Assembly: GCF_009914755.1 (NCBI RefSeq) | Contig: NC_060930.1 | DNA from: the human T2T-CHM13v2.0 reference genome, Homo sapiens | Length of the DNA: 64,000 nucleotides | Reading direction: 5' to 3' (one strand) | Shown here: piece after piece, positions 58,831-64,000 of the stretch | Numbering within the stretch: position 1 is the first letter of the stretch | How the letters are laid out: each line of letters opens with the position of its first letter | The notes under the pieces: generated by a model | Seen by the model: the letters and a program-made list of their open reading frames with translations, nothing else | The model's database searches: none | Told to the model about the DNA's origin: nothing | Made by a program: the position numbers and the translations under genes

Positions 58831-59816
58831 TGTGTTAAGAATTTATTCAGCATCCCCTAGCTGCCTGACACTGCTGGGTGTTGGGACTGTAGTGATAAAC
58901 ATCCTGCTCTTATCAGAACTTGCAATAAAGCTGGGGGAAGGGAGGAGACATTAAATAGATTATTGCAATTGTGATAAGCACACTAAATAAATACAGGGAA
59001 TAAAAGACGCCCATCGTTGTCTAGGTTGAGGAAGATAGAATGTTAGGCAGGGAAATTTCAGTGGAGACTTGAAGGACTGGCCTGACAGGCAGAGGGAATC
59101 CGGAAGCAAGAAAGATCATGCTGCAATTGGCAGAAGAGTTGCTGGAATATAGTTTGAGAGTGGGAAGACCAAGAGAAGGAAGTGGGGCTTATCTGCTGCT
59201 ATGTTAAGGTGGGTGGTCCTGAGAGGTGACATAGAAGTCCCCTTTGGCCACCTTTCTCCTTGTCCTGCAGGTCATCTCTCCGCTGGCCTCTGGACTGACT
59301 GCTAGTCCTGAGGTTGTGACCATGCTTGGACACTCCTGACTCCTCTTTGTCCTGTAACAATGTCCTGCTGATATTGTACCAAATGATCCCACATGGCATA
59401 GTATTATAGCAGGACAGGTTCTTCCTTCTACATATCGTATTTTTTGAACAGTTTTCAAACAAAACTAGACATGATATACCCCTAATATATAAAACAGATA
59501 AAAGCAGAGCCACTTAGATCTGAAAGTTACAAGAGGAGAAGGGCACTCGGGAACGTGTTCCCCCACATTCCCATGGTGGTCCCCAAGCGACCCCTCTGGA
59601 GCTCTAGGACTCTGCAAATTCTCATTTGAGAGGCACATGTGTAGGCCACAACATTGCCAATGGTTGCTCTCAATGACTCATTCATTTGATTACTTGTATT
59701 TAATCTTTATGATGTGTCAGGGATGAAGTAGGCACTGAGAATACAAAGGTGATTAAAACAGTCTCTGCCCCTCTGTAAACTCACTGTCTAAGGAGGGATT
59801 CACACGGATAAGTGAA

Positions 59817-59940
59817 TGCTGTGGTGTGAATGTGTCCCCCAGAAGTTTCTGTGTTGCAAACTTAATTGCCATTGTAACAGTATTAAGAGATGGGGCCTCC
59901 AAGAGGTGATTAGCCCATGAAGACTCTGCCCTTATGACTC
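59817..59940 (+). mobile_element. MST-type MaLR LTR 5' fragment
   Basis: TGCTGTGGTGTGAATGTGTCCCCCAGAAGTTTCTGTGTTGCAAACTTAAT...GAGGTGATTAG. Confidence 0.7.
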
Positions 59941-60169
59941 ACTGCATTATAAAGTGATGTGCAATTAGAGAGGTTTGAGCAGCAAACAGTGGGCACAGGA
60001 AGATGTCACAAGCAGAGAAGGCTTAAACAAGAAGCCTGGTGGTGCCTGTCTTTGAGGATTTTTCTCTTGCATCTGAAATTCCTCCGTTACTCTGCCCATT
60101 TCAGACCACGCCATCTAGATGGCTTTCTGGAGCCGTTTCTCACTAGGCTAAAACAACTCTCCTATGCTT

Positions 60170-60481
60170 TTTTTTTTCTTTTGGGATGGTGTCTCACTGT
60201 TGTTGCCCAGGTTGGGCTGCAATGACGTGAACTTGGCTCATTGCAACCTCGGCTCACTGCAACCTTCATCTCCTGGGTTCAAAAGATTCTCTTGCCTCAG
60301 CCTCCTGAGTAGCTGGTATTACAGGAGCCTGCCAGCATGTCTGGCTAATTTTTGTATTTTTAGTAGAGATGGGGTTTCACCATGTTGGCCAGGCTGGTTT
60401 TGAACTCCTGTCCTTAGGTGATCCACCTGCCTTGGCCTCCCAAAGTGCTGGGATTACAGGTGGGAACCACTGCACCCAGCC
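60170..60481 (-). mobile_element. AluS
   Basis: TSD AACTCTCCTATGCTTT (60154-60169 and 60482-60497). Confidence 0.93.
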
Positions 60482-60964
60482 AACTCTCCTATGCTTTAAG
60501 TAGAAAAGCCTCAATTGCTCCCCTAGGTTCTATAACAACCATGATGTTAGAAAGTTTGTATTAGATTTTAAATTTCTCATAGTTTCTGGATTGGAATAGA
60601 AAATGAGCAACTTTACATGGTTCTGTGCCCCAAATTGTCTTTCTTCACTTACAGGAAGGAAGGAGTGAGAACACTCCCTGTATCCTACCCTAGTATATTT
60701 CCTGCCTACCAGGGCTCTGCACAGATGAGGAACTGGCAGCCTTTGACCTCCTATCTGATCTCTGAGTCTTAGCCGTGAGGTCACCTATCAGGTCTAGCAT
60801 GTTCTGTTGGTCTGCTGGATCCTGCCTCATGTATTTGACAATCCAGAATTCTAAGGTAAAATGGCTTGCATTTGCTGATTAATTATCCAGGGATTTGGCT
60901 AATCCTTCATGATGATGAACTAAAAGTCCCTACCAGTCCTCAATTAAAAAAAATATGTAATATT

Positions 60965-61089
60965 ATTTAAATAGAGATGAGATCTCGCTATGTTGCCCAG
61001 GTTGGTTTTGAACTCCTGAGCTCAAGTGATCCTCTTGCCTTGGCCTCCCACAGTATTAGGATTACAGGCGTGAGCCATCTTGCCCAGCC
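60965..61089 (-). mobile_element. Alu left monomer (FLAM/AluJ fragment)
   Basis: AGAGATGAGATCTCGCTATGTTGCCCAGG...GGATTACAGGCGTGAGCC. Confidence 0.85.
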
Positions 61090-62902
61090 GACACCAGCAC
61101 TCAAACAGTAAATTCAGTAAATTTACAGCCCTAAAACTGTAAAGGACACAATGGTAGGCTGAGGTTATACAAGATCAGAACAACTGGGGCATTCAGAGAA
61201 AAAGAGTTCAGACCGGATGTTGGGTTGTACAAGCCAGGCAGTCTGTTGTTTAATTGTTTTATCTCTTGGTGACCATTTGGCATCTTTTTGCTTAGCCTCA
61301 AGGCATGTTTAGATAATAGCAAAATAATCCAGCCCAGCTCTCTCCTCCTTCATAAGAGCTTTCTTCCAACAAAGAGTGAGCTCTGTCTTTGTCTTACAAA
61401 CTCAGATCACCTCTGGATTTTTCCATATCCTGTTAAGTAGTAGTATAGTATCTTGGGATACTTCTTAAAAGGTTTCATTAAAATTTTACACTGTTTTCCT
61501 TCTCCCGTGATGCACTTTGTCTGCCAGAGTAGATTGTAAGCTGTTTTTGGGCTCTGGCAATGCTTTACTCATATTGGTATTTCTTATCCTTTCCTATCTC
61601 CAGAATATTTAGCGCAACGTCATACAGGAAGTAGGCACCCTATAAATATTTGTGTATGAATGAATAACCATGGCGCTTTCCTCAGGCATTACACAGCCAG
61701 TCTCAATGACAGGAGGGTGACCTGTGGGTGCATTTGTGGGGGAAAGGAGTTCTGGCAGGCAGTCTGTGTGGGCTACATATGGTTCACAGCTGGCACACAA
61801 CCTCTGTGGACCCCAGGTAGAGTATGTGTGAATGTCAACATCTCTATGCCCTTAAAAATATCCTTAATTAAAATTGTATGGAGGGCAATTACTATTCACT
61901 TAACCCCAAGTTGAACTACACATATCACTAGGCTTCACTGGAGCCCCTTCATTTTGGTGTCATCTAACCATTTGTGCCACATTTCACTTATTTACCCAAG
62001 TAAGCATTCTTTGGAAACAACCAACCTGAGGATTCTATTAAGAGCAGCATGGTTTTTATTTCCTTTCACTATTGCTGTTTACCTAGATGACAGGCAATTA
62101 GTTTCACCTCCTTCAACCTAGATGAAAAGTTGAAGAGCGAATAATACATCCAGATTGTCATGATGCCCTTATTCAAAGACAGGATTTGCTTTTTAGTGCA
62201 ATTATAGAGACTGTGTGTTCTTAGCCTTGGATAATCCTGCCAGAAGGGGTTTAGACTTCTGTTCTTAGGATAGTCCTTCCCGGTTTTGTGACTGAGTGAT
62301 TCTCTCATTCATCAGGCAACTTTCCTCCAGCCATTAAAGGTGAGAAGGACGGGTAATATTATGAATTGTTTATCAGGCTTATGGACATTATGAGAATGAA
62401 TTGCTTTTGGTTTGTCCCTTTTGGAAAAAAGATACACCGTAAAATATGGATTTGTAGACTTACCATTTTCCCAAATTGGATCCTGTTCCTATTTCCTTTA
62501 TTTCTAGCAATAGAAGCATTTTCTACTTGACAACCTTCCAGAGGCAGCCAGTCGACTCTTAACTAAGTCTTCCTTTTCAAAGTCTGTGCATCTGTCCTTT
62601 TTTATGTACCTCATTTAGTCACCTAGTGACTACTACAGAGCACGAGTGAAATGCAAGCCATTGTATTGGTTGCAAGGGATAGAAATAAGAATAACACTTG
62701 GTCTCCCAATTAGGAAGCTTGCAAAGCTCCGTCAGTGTCACAATTATCAGCTATATTCTCAAAATTTTTCCTCACACCCGGGAAAGTGAAGTTTCAAGTG
62801 TCATCTCCCTCCTGCAATCTCTTATTAATTTTCTCTATCAAGCATTCTACTGACAAACTAATATTCTTAAGCAAACATTTTAATCATGTCATTTCATGGA
62901 TT

Positions 62903-63470
<568 letters not shown>

Positions 63471-63651
63471 TAAGATCAATCTCTTAACCTGAATGTTCAA
63501 GAGTTTCTAAAATCTAAGATAACCTTATTTCCTGAATTTACTTCCCATAACTCCTCATTATACATTTTCTGCCTGGACAAATTGGTCAGATTACTACACT
63601 AAAAATATACCTCCATTTTTTTTTACTCCAGTCTATTCATCCATATATTTA

Positions 63652-63999
<348 letters not shown>

Positions 64000-64000
64000 T

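Overview
Primate genomic DNA, almost certainly human, at the 5' end of TRAM2. The only protein-coding sequence is TRAM2 coding exon 1 on the minus strand (25663-25544, MAFRRRTKSYPLF...LIGLMFE, followed by a GT donor), inside a CpG-island promoter. Positions 1-25543 are TRAM2 intron 1; I did not find exon 2 in the window. The plus-strand region right of the island matches the head-to-head lncRNA TRAM2-AS1 (identity recalled from memory, exon structure inferred). The remainder is ordinary repeat-rich DNA: about 30 Alus, L1PA/L1M fragments, L2/MIR, MaLR LTRs, DNA transposon relics and simple repeats. Almost all other ORFs in the track are Alu/L1 translations or chance ORFs. I found no evidence for a new multi-gene biological system. 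The most interesting signals are small mutational fossils seen directly in the sequence: a 17-nt insertion in an Alu apparently copied from 1 kb away, two poly(A)-tailed non-Alu/non-L1 micro-insertions, an L1 with a 27-bp TSD, a G4-type minisatellite inside an Alu insertion, a duplicated RUNX/ETS-like 31-mer in intron 1, and a possibly TE-built exon structure for the antisense lncRNA. Repeat subfamily names come from recalled consensus sequences and need RepeatMasker/Dfam confirmation.
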